DNA of 64,000 nt from Vicugna vicugna (lineage: Eukaryota). Below the pieces are notes generated by a model that was not told the DNA's origin, made no database searches, and worked only from the letters and a program-made list of their open reading frames with translations. Position numbers and translations under genes: made by a program. The stretch lies in contig MU058213.1 of the NCBI GenBank assembly GCA_013265495.1, forward strand, positions 3,348,001-3,412,000, read 5' to 3'. Shown in pieces: positions 24,550 to 39,530 of this stretch (position 1 is its first letter; each line of letters opens with the position of its first letter).

Positions 24550-27500
24550 GGACTATGAGCGTGTATTCAGGCTCAGCTTGGCACCCAGCCAACTCCTAGC
24601 AGTGGCCCTGGAAGCAGTAACAGTTACAGGATGTCTTGCTAGGAATACACTGGTTTTGCTTTCAGAACAGTAACTTAAAGAAAGTCAAACAAGGGATGTT
24701 AGTGACCAGCACACAATAAATTTTAAAACCCTAACAAAGGCAGAGGTATTTTTTTCTAAGATTTAAAATTTTATTTTTTTCCTACTAAGCCAGACTATGT
24801 AGCTTTTACATAAAGGAATATGAAGTATAGAGGAACAAAAGTAATCTTCCCATTTTTAACGTGTATAGATAAGTTATCTGAAGAGGATAAAATCCTCTAT
24901 CTCAATGATCAAATAATAGGGCTCAGATTACAAGATCTCTAGCTATAGAATTATGCATTTTGAACTTGTAATTTTTCCTACAAAAACACATAATCAAGGA
25001 AAAGCTAATGATATTTAGAAGTAAATTTTATATGTCTTTATGGTACATGGACTGAAGAAAGAGTTTGCACAAATTTTCTACTATTGCTCCACTACCTGAT
25101 AAAATCCCTCATCCTTAATTTTTATCTGCATTTTTAATACTTTGAGCTTCTCATTTTGGGGGTAACTATCATCTGTGATCTATGGATGCTCAATTTTCTT
25201 CCCAATCGATATTTCAACCTGAAAATTATGAGAAAAAGAACACCTGAATAAAAAGCACTTCTAAATTTTAAAAAATTACATTAAAATTTTGTATCAAACT
25301 TAGAAACTTGAGAAAAGCATGCACAAATATGAAATACCTATGTCATGACAGTCTTAAACTTTGTTTCCCAGTCAAGTATTTGTTTTCCTATTTTTTTTTA
25401 AGTGGGGCATTAAGCTGGGTCAATGAATACATCCTTTACAATGAATGTTAGATTCTCCCCTAAAATTTAAGTTCACAGACCATTTTCGGCATTATCAAAA
25501 CATTTTGCACTTATTTAAATGGCATAACACCTTGTGTTCTTATGCAAATCTCTTTTTCTCCTTGATGTGGACTTTGTTTCTGCCAGTTAGGTATGATTTT
25601 ACAAGTCTACAGCCTCCTTGTGAAACCTGACCTCTTTCTTCCCTCCACAGTCAGTGCTAACATAAACCAAGAGCCCCACAAGAAGTCATTAAAGCAGTGC
25701 TGTTAAGAGGCCAGAGCTCTATAAAACAGGCAAGAAATAAGGTCTCAAGAAACATGCGCCGTCCTCAAAAACAACCCTGCAAACACAATAAATGTAAGTG
25801 CCTATTTTATTTGTGACTTCCTCCTCTTCAGCTGTCTACTTAATCATTTGCTTCTATGATTTACAGTCAGAAAAAAAAAAGGATCAAAAATGCTAAGAGG
25901 AAAATGTTCTCCAAACTTTAATTTTATCAGAAAGCAACACATTGATGTTTCTGCTTTGGAAATGTATGACTACAACATTAAGCTAGTGTGCCATTCACGC
26001 TTCTTAGAAGTTGCAAAGAGTGAAATATTTCCTACATGTTGATTTTAAAACCAACTAAAAATTATGGATACACAGTTTGAAATGACAAGTCATCCAATAA
26101 TTTAAAATAAGTTGGTAGACTATTTCCTAACATAAGAAAATAAAATTTTCTTTTGTAAATTGCTTTAAAATACTCTTCCCCTAAACAGGAAATACTTCAG
26201 TTGGTGAGAACCTGAATGCAGGGTTTACACCGGTGGTCTTAACGCTGTGGATCAGCCAGGGGGTCTGGAGGCCTCAGCTGGTGGAGGCCTGCACCAGTTG
26301 CTACTGCCCATCCCTCCTTGGGGAGTCCTAAATGTCAGGGGTTCATGGCCAGTAGTCACGTTCCAACACCTCTGTGCTGTTTCCATGGCTCTAAGTCACT
26401 CATCAGTAGCTCCAGGGAAATCTGTAAATAGCACACCAAGAAAGCAGGGAGATTCCTATCTCAGGTTCTCAAAGGTCCACACTTTCAGAGTCTGTTACGG
26501 AGTTTTATGCATAGTAGTTTAAAGTTTATTTCTGTTAACACTGGTCTTTCAAATCATGCATTTGTGCACTCCAGGATTTACTAATCAAAACATAGTTATA
26601 ACTTCTTACTTCATCAAGTCCAATCCACTCTGGGTCTTCAGACTTGAAGACTGACCTGCAACTGAACAGGAAGTAAACCAAGAGACCTGATCCAGCATTT
26701 AATCAAAGCATCACAATAAATGATGCTTTACCTACCGAGGTAAAAACCAATGAATGTACAAGTCCCAAACAGAAGCTGAAAATGTATTATAGCCTTAAGA
26801 TGAGGCAAGAAGCTACCTGAAATTTTTAAAAGTTATTTTACAGAAAAAATTCACCTGTTTAATAAAAGTAATATAACGCAATCACTACATCTTAGGGGTC
26901 AGCCTCTTTTTAAAAAATCTGTACTGAGTCTGCAACAGCTACTGTTATCAGTGGTTTATAACCTGACTTCTAGTGAATTTAGGATCCTGCTTGCATCTGT
27001 GGCAATTCTGACAACCAGGGGCTAAGAGGTATTATACACTTGCTTTTCAAAGGAAACACTTAGATCAAAATATGTGTCCAAATAAACAGAAAGGCTAGAA
27101 AGTCTGTAACAAAGTTGAGAACCAGAGACTTTCAGAAACAGATCCTACATGCAAATTTCCCACAGACTATTTTATTTTCCAGTCTATTCCTACTGTAACT
27201 ATATTAAAAGACACCTTTAATTACACCTGAGAATTCGTTGTCTCTTTGACAGTTTATCAACCCTGTCCTGCCAAACACCAGGCCTGGCCCTCCCAACATT
27301 CAACTTCTTAGGCTGAAGGAAGAGACACCAAGATCTTCTAAGTCCCCTCCTGCCACCTGGACCACTCACTGAAGTTCAACAATTCTTCTCTTAATCTCTT
27401 TTTAATAACTGGTTTCAGGAATTCTCTAACTTTCCAATTTATTCAAGTTCCCAGCCACTTTTACCCTAAATTGCAAATTACCTGACTTTAGAGACAATGT

Positions 27501-30500
27501 CTTACTTGTTAGTATGTTGCTAGGACAGTGACCGGTATTCAACTCAATAAAGTTTTCTTGAGTAAACTCAGCAGACCACATCACTATCTACATCCTATCT
27601 GCAACAGAAATCCCTGCCTCTTACCTCCCTGAAAAGATTAACAGAATTTTAGCTGTTACCATCCCTACTGTATAACTCTGAGCAATTACTTACTCTTCCT
27701 GAACGTACTTTGTTACATAAAATAGGATTCTTAGAAGGGTTTTTATGGATTCATAAGGTAATGAGTGTAAAGTGTTTAATATAGTGCCTGTAACATTTAA
27801 AGCACTAAAGGATCTTTGCTGTTTCTATCATTTTATTAAACATAAATTTTCTTCCTCACCACCTAAACATGTCTCCCTTTTCACTGAGCTTCTCTTCCCT
27901 CACTCCTGGCTCTGAGGAGTAAGCAACCATCCAACTTGTGCCAACGCCAGCCCTCTGCTGCACGCTTAATTCCTCCCTGATTACCTTCTCTGAGCCCCAT
28001 TCCACTTCTTCCCGTTCTCTTGCATCACTCCCTCATGATCGCTTTCTTCCTCTCTGCCTAGAAACATATGCATAGCTTCCCTTTCCTGAAAAGCAGTGTA
28101 GATCTCAGGCTAAGGTAACATTCAGCCCACTTCTTTCCTGTTACTGTCGGTCTTCTGGAATGACTCCATCCACGTAATTCTTCACTTCTGCTGGGGCAGG
28201 GTGGCAGGAAGGCTATGGACAGGAGGGAGGGAGAAGAGCCACAGGTGTGTTTATATACACGACTCAAGAGCCTTAGGGAACAAATTCTCTTAAGAGAAGA
28301 AGCAGTGCTTATGAGTTTGGTTCAAAAAACAATTGACCAGTTTAGGCAGGGGATTGCGTCAGAATTCATGGCTACCTGACTCTCATATTAGGCAAGCCAT
28401 CAGAACTCATGAATCACGCTTCTACAAAGGAGGAGGGCTGCTGGGCTGCTGACTGAAACTTTTGCAAGTTTTATCAAGACTACTTCCAGTAGGAGAAACA
28501 GGGCAGGGAACGTAGGTAGCCCCCCTCTTGGGGCTACTGTAGAACAAGCTGGAATGGGGCACACATAGTACAGTTCAGCCACTGGAACTGACCAGAAAAC
28601 ACCTGGAGAAAGAACCATAGCCCTCACCTGAGGGGATGCTCAATTAACGAAGAAAAAAAAGAGGCTGCTGACTCACTCCCCCAGGACCCTGAGTACAGGA
28701 ACTGGACTAAAGTGTAACTGACTGAAAGTCCACCTCTGCCCCGGATCCTTTTTCACTTTCACCACCCCAGATCTTGCTCTCACCGGCGTTTACTCATGCT
28801 GTGATGCCTGGTGGGCGCCTGCAGAGATCCGGGTGTATCTGTACGTATTTGATACTTGATAACCAATTTTTAACTTAGAGAAAAAGTTATAATCAATTGA
28901 CTATGTTGTCCAGAGACTAACAGGCCCCTCACTCTCAAGATTTCTTCCCTCTCTTCATCCTCCATCCTCCTCTCTCTCACTCTCTTCCTACACTTCCTTA
29001 TTCCTTTGTCTCTGGCAGACTTTTTGGGAAAACAATGGTGGCTTGAACTGGAGGATTGACTGGGGATGGAGATACCCAGAGAGAATCAAGAGACATGGGG
29101 AGGCGGAATCAGTATGACCAGAACTTAGTGGCAAGAGTACGAAGAGTGCAGGACAACAAACAGTCTTATACGTTGCTGTTGGCAGTACAATATCAAAACA
29201 GATTAATGTACAACAGCCAAAAAAATGCCGAAGGAAGCTATTAAACCTTCAATTAATGGAATTTACACAGCCCTTAAAATGGCTACATCATTACACAGAA
29301 AAAGCTTGTGATATGCTAAGTGAAAAAAAAAATTAGATGCAAAATTGTATTGACAACTTTCTTCTCATGATACTAGTAAGCTCACTAACCTAGTAAGTCC
29401 CACTCTTACAACTTCTTTTATTCTTAATAAAACATGAACAAGCCAATCAAAACTCTTTCCTGCAGGCATCTAAGAACTAGCACCTGACACCAAAGCAAGG
29501 TTTTAAAAATTGGTCCTGGCCAATGTTGATGTGGAAACGACTAAAGTATTAAGATGTGAGTCTATATGACTACGAAAAAAGCAAAAATTTAAGCAAAGAC
29601 ATTTTCATTCTTTGGAAAACTTAAGATAAGTTCAATTAGAATTTTAAAAAAGTTTTCAGTTACACAAACAATAATTGTTTTAGGAGAGATGCAAGAAGGT
29701 AGGGAATTTTGTTGGTTGAATGAATAAATAAACAAATACATAGACAGCTACCGTAAGTGGGGACAAACATTTGTTAGTAATAAAAATCAATGTTAAAAAC
29801 TGCTGCTTGCTGTTCACCTTAAAGAATATGGTAAAAGGTTTCCAAATCAGGTGGAAGCCTGAATGACCCTCATGGTCTCAAAGGTCCCTTCATGGTACTG
29901 TTATTCTAGCGGCACTTGTTGTATTCTTGGTCGCTACATCACTGACACAGAGGTAGCTGTGGTTCAAAGAGAGATTCCAGAGTCAGGAGACCTAAGTTCT
30001 TCTTGGCTCCCTCACTCACAGCCTTTCACAAGTAAGCTTGGATAGGTCATAATCTCCCCTGAAGTAGTGCCATCTGCCTCACATGCTCTTTTCAGGAGGG
30101 AAGAAGATAACAGGGGTGAGAGTTTTATAAGCCCCACACTGGGGTTCCTAAGCTGGGGCACAAATGGCCCTTAGCTTCAGTACAGGAAGCAGAGCAAAAT
30201 GGGAAACAAGACTGGACTAAGGTCAGAGACCTGTATTCTTTCCAAGCTCTGTCACAAATGAACTGTATGATCTGTCAAAAGTAAGCTCTCTCTGGCCCTC
30301 AGTGTCCTCATACACAAAATGGCAGAGCTCTTCTCAGCAAGCACTGCCATTTCTCCTAGTTTTGAGGAATCTTGCCAGAATCACAGTCCAGTGTACCCTG
30401 ATCCTTCTTCTTACTTGACATCGTAAAATTCAGGAGGCCAACAAAGATTACCAGTCAAGCTACAACCACTATAGCCATAAAAAAATGACACAACATGGAT

Positions 30501-31284
30501 GATCTTAACTCTCAATGACATGCTCCACACTATAAGTAATTTTTAATGGCAAATTTACTCAGGCTGAGAGTTCATTGTTAAATCGAGGGCTCTTTTTGGT
30601 AAATTTCTCCTACTTTTCCCCTCTTCTGCTACCCCTTCCAGTGTATACACTCAGCAAAAGCACAAGTGTCATTAACTTGCCATCTGTCTCCTCAAATATT
30701 CAAGGAGCTCCAGGGCCAGGAATTAGCAGCAATTTAAATGGACCTAAGAGTCATAGTGCTTTATACACAACGGTCCATCAATGAATGTCCACCAAAATGA
30801 AATTAACTTACAATTAGTGTTTTTTTTAAACTCACAATTAGTTATGATGTGAATGTGCTTAGTGCAAAACTAGGAAGAGACTACAAATGACTTAAAATCA
30901 GTCCAAATCATCCAATATACTAAATATTTTCTGCATGATTATTATTTTGTAAGAGTTCTAGCATACAAGGAGGCAAAGACATTTATGTCTGTGCATAAAA
31001 CATGTATCACAAAGCACAAGAAGGCACTGAAATATAGAGATCAGATGAGCCAGCAGAAGCCATGCCTGCGGAAAAGCATGATGGCAGTTATATTCTCCTT
31101 GGTCTAAAGGGCCTTGAACAGTCTTGAGCAAGGAACCCTCAACCCAGAAAGGAGCAAGAATACACTAAGTAGTCAACAGATGTAAAGAACACTGGGCACA
31201 AAATATATGGGGAAAAGTGGTAGAAGACTAAAGACAGGCAATTTTGCCCAGGCCAAGCCTGTCCTTATATGCAGAGTAAAAAGC

Positions 31285-32770
31285 TACAACCATTATAAAA
31301 TGTTAATGGAAAGGCAAAGGAACTAGCCAAAACAATTCTGAAAAAGAACAAAATTGGAAGACTGACACTGCCTGATAAAGACATATGATAATTTCAAGAA
31401 TTATGATAGAACTCCAGTACTCAAGGAAGTATTACTGGCAAAAGGACACAAAGATTAGTGGAACAGAAGAGTACAGAAATAAATCAATATAAATATGTCA
31501 ACTGGTTTTTACAAAGTTGAATAAGTAATTCAAAAGAGATAGTCTTATCAACCAACAGTGCTTGAATAACCAAACATTCTTACACAAAAAATTAATCTTG
31601 ACCTATACCTTACATAAAAGTAACTAAAATCGGTCATAGAACTAAATGTGAAACACAAAACTATAAAACCTTTAGAAGAAAACATAGGAAAATCTTTGTG
31701 ACCCTGGTTAGGCGAAGAGTTTTTAGGTATGACATCAAAAACAATCCATAAAGGAAAAAAAACTGATCAACTGGACTTCCATCAAAACAAAAAAAAACTT
31801 TTGTTATTGGAAAAAAACTGTTAAGAGAATGAAAAATAAGCCATAAACTGGGAGAAAATTTGCAAATCACATTATCTGATGAAGGATTTGCATCCATAAT
31901 ATATAAAGAATTCTCAAAATCAATAATTAGGAAGCAATCAACAACAACAAAAAAACCGGCAAAAGATCTGAACAGATGCTTTACCAAACAAGATATATGG
32001 ATGGCAATTAAATATATAAAGATGATCAACTTCATTAGTCATAGTTTTAGAGAAATACAAATTAAAACCACAATGAGATACCAACTACACACCTATTAGA
32101 ATAGCTCAAAGGAAAAACACTAACAATATCAAGTGCTGATGAGGATGTGGACTACCTGAAACTCTCTCCTGTGTTACTGACAGGAATGCAAATTGGTATG
32201 GTCACTCTGGAAAATAACTTGGCAGTTTCTTTTAAAATTAAAAACACACTTACTGCACTCTCACTTTAAATATTTACTCAATAGAAATGAAAATTTATGT
32301 TCACACAAAAACCTGTACAGGAAAAATTTTCAAAGTTTTATTCATAATTGCCCCAAATTTTCAACAATTTAAATGTCCTTCAACTTCAACTGGCGAATGG
32401 ATAAACTGAAGTAAATCTATACTATGGAATACTACTGAGCAACAAAAAGGAAAGAACTATTGATACACTCAACAGCATAGATAAATCTCAAATGCATTAT
32501 TCTAAGTGGAAGAAGCAATATCCAAAAGCCTACCTAATGTATAATTCCATCTATATGACATACTGGGAAATAGTGGTTTCTAAGAATTAGGGGAGGAAAA
32601 GGGTATGACTACATGGGCAGATAGCAGGACAGAACGTTTTGTGATAATGAAAGTAATCTGTATCCTGATTGTGGTGAAGGCTACACAACTGTGCATATGT
32701 TAAAACTTAACAGAACTGTACAGCCAAGTAAGTTTCACTGTATGTAAATTAAAAAATAAATTTCAAAAAA
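31285..32770 (+). mobile_element. 5'-truncated old L1 (ORF2 C-terminus plus 3' UTR, L1MC/MD-like)
   Basis: ORF 31860..32099 shows an ORF2 remnant (KDLNRCFTKQDIWMA...REIQIKTTMRY). The 3' UTR ends in an A-rich tract near 32750. Confidence 0.9.
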
Positions 32771-35700
32771 GGCTATGTTCTCTATAATATAGAAAGACTT
32801 TAGTTCAATTTTCTAATTACTCTTAATAAGGAACTATAAATTAAGCAAGTTGACAGCACACATAAATTTTAAATGCCCATGCCTTCAGGCCACCTTCACT
32901 TTTTCTGTGAGGATGTACTTGACTTTCCCAAGTAAAACTATAGAACCCTTACATACTCCCAGGATCTTGGAGTATCCTGTTGGCTTCATCGTTTTGCCAG
33001 GTCTACTTTTTGCACCTACCCACAGGACAGGACCTGTCTTTTCATCTTTGTATTCCTGACATAATACCTTAGATACAAAAGGTCCTCAAGAGGTACTCAA
33101 TAAACCCATGAATGAAAACATGTCCTAGGGAACATATCCATCAGTCTAGCCATCACCTCCTCCATCTGGAGTGCATACAGTATAATGTGTGCACAATCTG
33201 AGAAGGAACCACAAGATGCCGAACCTAAGCTTACACTACCTTTAGAATACTGTAGATGAAAAGTACATAGAAAAATGTGCCCTAACAACTACAAATGGAT
33301 CTATGTTCCTGAAGAGCAGGCAGAGAAAGGAACCTACAGCCCTCCTATTCCTCCACCTACTGAAATGGTGGGGGACCAGTCACACCTCTGCTGAGAGGCT
33401 AGAAGAGTGGGGAATCAGCAAGGCAACACACGCACACACACACACACAGGCATACACTTGAATACCCAGCCTCTCCTGAGTAGCCCAGCAGAGCTCTCTT
33501 GACTCGTGATGCCAGCAGCACACTGCAAGACTGTAACTCATGCAAAGACCTTTTTTGTAGGCTGCTGACCCAGCATATTCTGCAGATACTTGTGAGCTCT
33601 GGGCTGCCTGGCATTCTGAGCCCATCTTGGGGAGTCTCATAATATTCAACCTGATACAGATTCCATCAGGGCAGGCTTGAAATTATGCAGAATTTGGTCT
33701 TGGAACCAACTGGTTTGACTCAAGGAATCTCACATGAGAAACAGATTTTCTAGAGTGGCTATAAGGTTTTGGAATTCATATTTGACCAAGACATGAGACC
33801 TCTCTTCAGGACTAAACTGTCCCACTGAATGCTAAAACAAAGGAGCATTGTTTGCATATGTGTTTGTGCCACATTTGTACTTTTACTCTCCTAAAGAGAG
33901 GTGAAAACAGTTACACTGAATGAAGATTTGCAATGCTGAAGTCACAGCCACTTGTGGCACCCTCACCTGCAGTGAGCGTACACTTCGCTTTAGCTTCACC
34001 TTGGCTTATGTTCTGCTGGATTGATGGTGCTCCTCCCGAAAGAGATTAGTAGTAAGTAGAGAGTAGCAAGCAATTAGGGTGGCTTCTCAGGACTGGATCA
34101 TAAAGAACACCAGAAGTAGATGTGGAAATGTGATGCTATAAAAGGAAAGGTCTGACTTGGTAGGAACTTAAGGAAGAGATTAGGAATATAAGGAAAAATC
34201 ACACACCTAAGCAAAATAAATAGAATCAGGCTGTCAACAGGAAAAACCCAAGGAAATAAAAATAGTTTTCTGTAATTGTTAAACCATCATAAAATTACTA
34301 CCAACATTCCTTGTCTTCCATTCTAAAGCTGATAAAATGAAAATAAACCATTATTCACTTTCCCTTTCATCTTTCCCAACTGTTACTTAAACTTGAGTTT
34401 AAAAAAATTTTCTTTTAAAATAAGCAGTCTCCATATGGTACTCTCATAATCTAGACAGAATCCTGTTAGTTTGGGAGCAAAATCTGATCTCACTTTGAAA
34501 GACGTCCCCAACTGGGATTTTCCTCTTCTCAAATTATCTGTCTTCCCAGCAACAGTGTGTGGTCACAGAAGTGTATGAGACATGCTAATGCGTTTATCAA
34601 GTGATTATTCTCGGCCCCTCTGCTGGCAAAAACAAGCAGGAAACAGTACAGAAAAAAACATGCATAGTAAGCCACATTAACCAGCTTCAAAGCTGTTCAA
34701 CTTGTGTGGCTCCTATGAATTCAAGGGGAAGAGAAAAAGTACCATTGCTTTGTCTTCACCAAGACCACTTCCCCTTCAGCGTCTGCCAAGTGATTGCCTT
34801 ATAGCGCCTAATCCGAGAGATCCCTTTCTTACGCCTTGTTGTCATTCCATAAAGAATTAGTTCTGCTTAATAGCTCAACTGTGCAGGAAGAACATTCCAT
34901 GCAATTTTACACTTTGCATCAGTCAGAGAAACAGAAGGATCAAGAAAGCATTAAGAAAAGTGAGGTTTTGTAACAAAATTCACGTCACTTAGCAACTTCA
35001 CCCGTGTACAAATTTATAATGAGAAAAATTACAAAACCCACCAAAATTAAAGCAGAAATATTCCTGCTAGGGTTATTTTTACTTTTCCAAATGCTTCTCT
35101 AAAGGACATTTAAAATAATTCAACAGCTTCAGTACATTAAGTTATGTGTTGATAAACTTTGCAATATTCTTTTCCACTGTTGTTTATATATTGCTTTCTC
35201 AGATTATAAAAGGCCTGGTTTTCCTTTCTCCTTCACATAATAACCTGACACTCAGTGGGTATTTAGTACATGCCTGTTAACACAATACAATTTATTAAAC
35301 TTTACATAATTATAACTTATTGTATTAATTAAATGGTTTACATAAGACTGTCAATTCATAAACTGGGAATCAATCACTATAAAACGTCTGGGTATCTCTT
35401 TCATCTTCTAATAGCTGTTAAAGACCAAGCCTATTTAATTGATAACAGGAAAAAATTATACACACACATCAGATGACCTTGTTAAAGTGAATTCATAAAG
35501 TGGACCTTGAATTCTAAGCTTCCTGCCTACAACACAAAGCAGTCTTCTAACGATACCGTAGCTCATTTTTTAACGAGGTTTGACCACACAGTCCTAAAAG
35601 GGAGAGAAGAGGGAATTAACCTGCTACATACTTTATATACATTAAATCATTTAATATTCATGAAAACCTTAACAGGTAAGCAATATTACTTCTACTTAAC

Positions 35701-36239
35701 AGGTAGAGAAATAGGTTCTGAGAGGTTAAGCCAGTTGCTCAGGGTCACAGAATTAGGAAATAATGGTCAAAATGTTTTTTTTTTTTTAAATTACACCCAC
35801 GCTGCAGCCCTAGAAGTTAAGGAGGCCCCACACAAAGTCCACCAGAGCACCCCAAAGCAGTAACGCTCACCTGGCCTTCTGTGTCTGCTCTCCGTAGGAA
35901 ACACACATTCATGCACAGAAAACAGACAGTTTTCCTTTCTCCTATTTTCTCTCCTTTAAACCTTCCTAGAAGCAGCAGCAAAAACATATTTCTCCAACCT
36001 TCCACCTGACTGAATATTACATCACTCCCTAATCATCAATGACAGCTTTTAGGGTCTTCTGTCAACAATTCTTTCTCCCGATTTTTTACCAGTATCAATT
36101 TAATTTAATTATTTATCCTACATTCCACATTATTCTCCAATACAGACTTACCTTGCCTAGTCCAAGTAAATCCACTTGCCATTCTTTAAAGAACACTCAG
36201 AATCTAAGAACATTACACTGTTAAAGCCCTCCATAAAGG

Positions 36240-36800
36240 TACAGCAAACAGGATGGTCTAACAGCTCACAGCCATCAATCAAATCTGAGAATCAGGGAGG
36301 GCTTCACACAGGAGGTGATATATGTGCCTGAGAACTATGTGCCTAAGCAGCAGGGGATTATCAAGAGTAGTCCAGGCAAAGGGTGGAGAGCGGGCAAAGT
36401 CACAGAGCACCAAGAGCGCACAATGCATTCAGAGAACTGAAACTCCATGCAGCAGGAATTTAAGGTGTATGGAACAGTCAGAGGTAAGAGGGTGGAGACA
36501 TGGGGAGACAGGGTAGTAAAGGATGCAGCTGCTGGGCAGGCAGGGACCAGATAATAAAGAGCCTTGCCTACTGATGCACCAATACTCTGCTGGTCTAAGT
36601 GTGGTCCTTGGAAAACTCATAGAATTTGTTTGAAACACAGACTATCAGGCCCTACTCAAACCTACCAAATGCCAATCAGCACTTGTTAAAAGATGCTCAG
36701 CTTTAAGTATTTGGTTTGCATTCTGAAGGCAGTGAGAAGCCACTGAAATATTCTGAGCAAAAGATATACTTGATCAGTTTTGAAAGGAATATGGGAGATT
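36240..36800. mobile_element. L2 fragment (-) with a MER5A-like hAT insert (~36585-36715)
   Basis: L2 'cagggagggcttcacacaggaggtgat' and 'gcagtgagaagccactgaa' flank 'aagtgtggtccttgg...aacacagactatcaggccctac'. Confidence 0.55.
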
Positions 36801-36919
36801 AATTCTGAATAGCGAAAAATGCATATATGGTTTTCTTATGGTTTACTTCCTATTGGATTCTGATGTTGGAGAACAATTCATAAAAATGCTTCCCATTTTT
36901 CTGCTCTGTTTCTATGTCT

Positions 36920-37240
36920 GCCAGGAGCTGGGGAGTTGGGGAGACAGGGAGAGGTTGGTGAAAGAGTACAAACTTTCATTTCACACAATGAATAAGGTCT
37001 GACGATCTAACTTAGGAAGTGGCTATAGTTAACAACGTTGAATTGTATGACTGAAATTCACTAAGAGGGTAGAGCTTAATGTTCTCACACATACACAAAA
37101 AAGATAAACATGTGAGGTGATGCATGTGCTGATTACCTAGATGAGGGAAGTTCTTTCAAAACATATGTGTATATCAAATCACCACGATGCACACTTTAAA
37201 CACCTTACAATTTATATGTCAATTATACCTCAATAAATCT
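36920..37240 (+). mobile_element. L1MA9-like 3' end
   Basis: gagtacaaactttca...ctaagagggtagagcttaatgttctcac...tatatcaaatca...gtcaattatacctcaataaa. Confidence 0.85.
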
Positions 37241-38939
37241 TAAGTTTTCTAAAAAGTGCTTCCTTACCTATACAGAAGCTCCCAGTGATAGGAGAAACAT
37301 TAAAAGTTATCTCAAACACCAAGAATGCACTTTCTATAGGACAAAAACATGTCTAACCATATCCAACTAGTGATTTAAATCAAATTTACACAATCATGTT
37401 CCCTAAACAGTTTCATCAACTCAAAGCTGTTGCATAAACAGCTTACTCTTATTTGGCCCGTTAGTGGCCTTTGAATTGTTGTGGTTGGGAGTTACAGGCT
37501 GTATTTGCTGCTCACAAACCATTTTTTAATGAAAGAAAACATTCCTTTAAAATATTTTGTTAAATTATATGCAACCTTAGGCTCAGAGGAATAAAAGAGC
37601 AGAATTCTGGATCACAGTCATATAGAAATCCCCTACAATGTGTTCAGTAAGCCAAATCAAAACAATGCATAGTTTATAGGAAGGGGGTTGAAGAAATCTG
37701 TAGCTCATATCTCATCTGTTGTCAAGCGTCACATTCATTCAAGCAAAGGAAAGTTAACTGATAAAAATCTGCTTTTAAATATCTGTTACTGGCAGTGGAG
37801 AGAGTCAAATAGCCTGGTTTTTTTTCTTTGATGGGTTACAATGAGTGTCACAGAAAAGATTTTGTACTTAAAGAAGCACGACCCTGCTGAATAAGACGGC
37901 AAAACTGATCTTCATAACAACAGCAAAAATGTAGTTACGTGTGTTTGCATATTTAATGCATCTTTTATCGAGACACAAAAATTGACACTGCTACCCACTT
38001 TCAGTCCTCAAAGCCATCTGATCCAAGATTGAGATCTTTATAGGACCATAACTCTGATATAAATATAACTACATTCACAGCCAATTATAAAGCTGGATTC
38101 CCCAGTTTTGTAGAGAGTGTTATTCATAGCCTAATGCAAATTTTCCACGTGGCTTAACAGAAACTCTAAGTTTCTTTTAAAGAAACGACCACCAGTGGCA
38201 TCAGGTAATTTGAAAGATTTCTGGAAATACACCCATGTTCCGAGGCCACTAAGGCAGTGTTTTTCAACCCCTTCTCTTCCATGATGGGCAGCCCTCTAGA
38301 AGTCTCCTTTCCCACTAATGTGAATTTGCTGATAGAAGGAGTCTGTATGTATATCCATGGAAAAAGGGAGTGAGATGCCAAAGAAAACAGGCAACAGAAT
38401 TAGTGAGAGAGAGGGGGAAAGAGAAAGAACAAAATGGAAAAAATACAGGGGAAGATATTCCGTGACAAGAAATAAGACAAGTAAAGAGACAGCTAGAAGG
38501 GACAGATCAAGAATGAATGGTGCAAACAAAGGCAAACAAAATTAAAAGACAAAGGGACAAATCACCACATTGCTGACCACTGCTACACAATTATGACGAC
38601 AGCTTTGAGTACACTGTAATTTGGTGACAGAGCACTAAAGCTGACTGTACAAGTACATGTGCCTGGCCAGGATTATTTCAAAGTGATCCTTGCAAGGGCT
38701 ATGAAATAAATTTTTAAAAAATTCTTGGTTATCTGGGAAAATGAGTAGTTAACAGAATTACAGATTTTTTTTAAGCTCTAAGAGACCTTAAAGATAGTTA
38801 AATTACATTTCTTTAGGGCCATAGTTATGGATGTAAAGACACAATAATGATTTAACAGTATCAAGCAGGCCAATAACAAAAAGAAGGTGTTTGTATATTA
38901 CATGGGGGGAAAAAGTTAAAGAACGATTACAGCACATTT

Positions 38940-39530
38940 AATGGGATTACAACCACTTTGGAAAATTGCTTGGCAGTTTCTTAAAAAAGTTAAACATATA
39001 CCTACAATACAACCCAGCCATCTCACTCCTAGACATCTAACAGGAGAAATGCACTCATCCACAGAAGGATCTGTTCATGAACGTTCACAGCATCCTTATC
39101 TGTAACAGCCCCAAACTGCTGGGAGAGCACCCAAGTGTCCACTAACAAGTGACTGGATAAATGACTCAGCAGCGGAAAACGAACCCCTGATACACACGCA
39201 ACATGGATGGATCTCAAAATATTTATCCTGAAGGGAGGAATCCAGACAAACAGAAGAGTTCAGACTACATGGTTCTACTTACGTAACTCTCTAGAAGAGG
39301 CAAACTGACTGACAGTACCAGGAAGCAGATCAGTGCTTGCCTCTGGACAGGGAGGAGAGATGGACGACAAAAAGCGCAAAGAAACTCCTGGGAGTGATGA
39401 GTCTGTTTGTTATCTTCACTGTGGTGATGGTGTAACAGCACACACACATCAAATTCACCAAACTGTGCATTTTAAATACGTATAGTTTACCGTGTATCAA
39501 TCACACCTCAAAAAAAATTTTTTTAAAAAC
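38940..39530 (+). mobile_element. Old L1 3' fragment
   Basis: caaccactttggaaaattgcttggcagtttc...aacatggatggatctcaaaa...cttcactgtggtgatgg. Confidence 0.85.
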
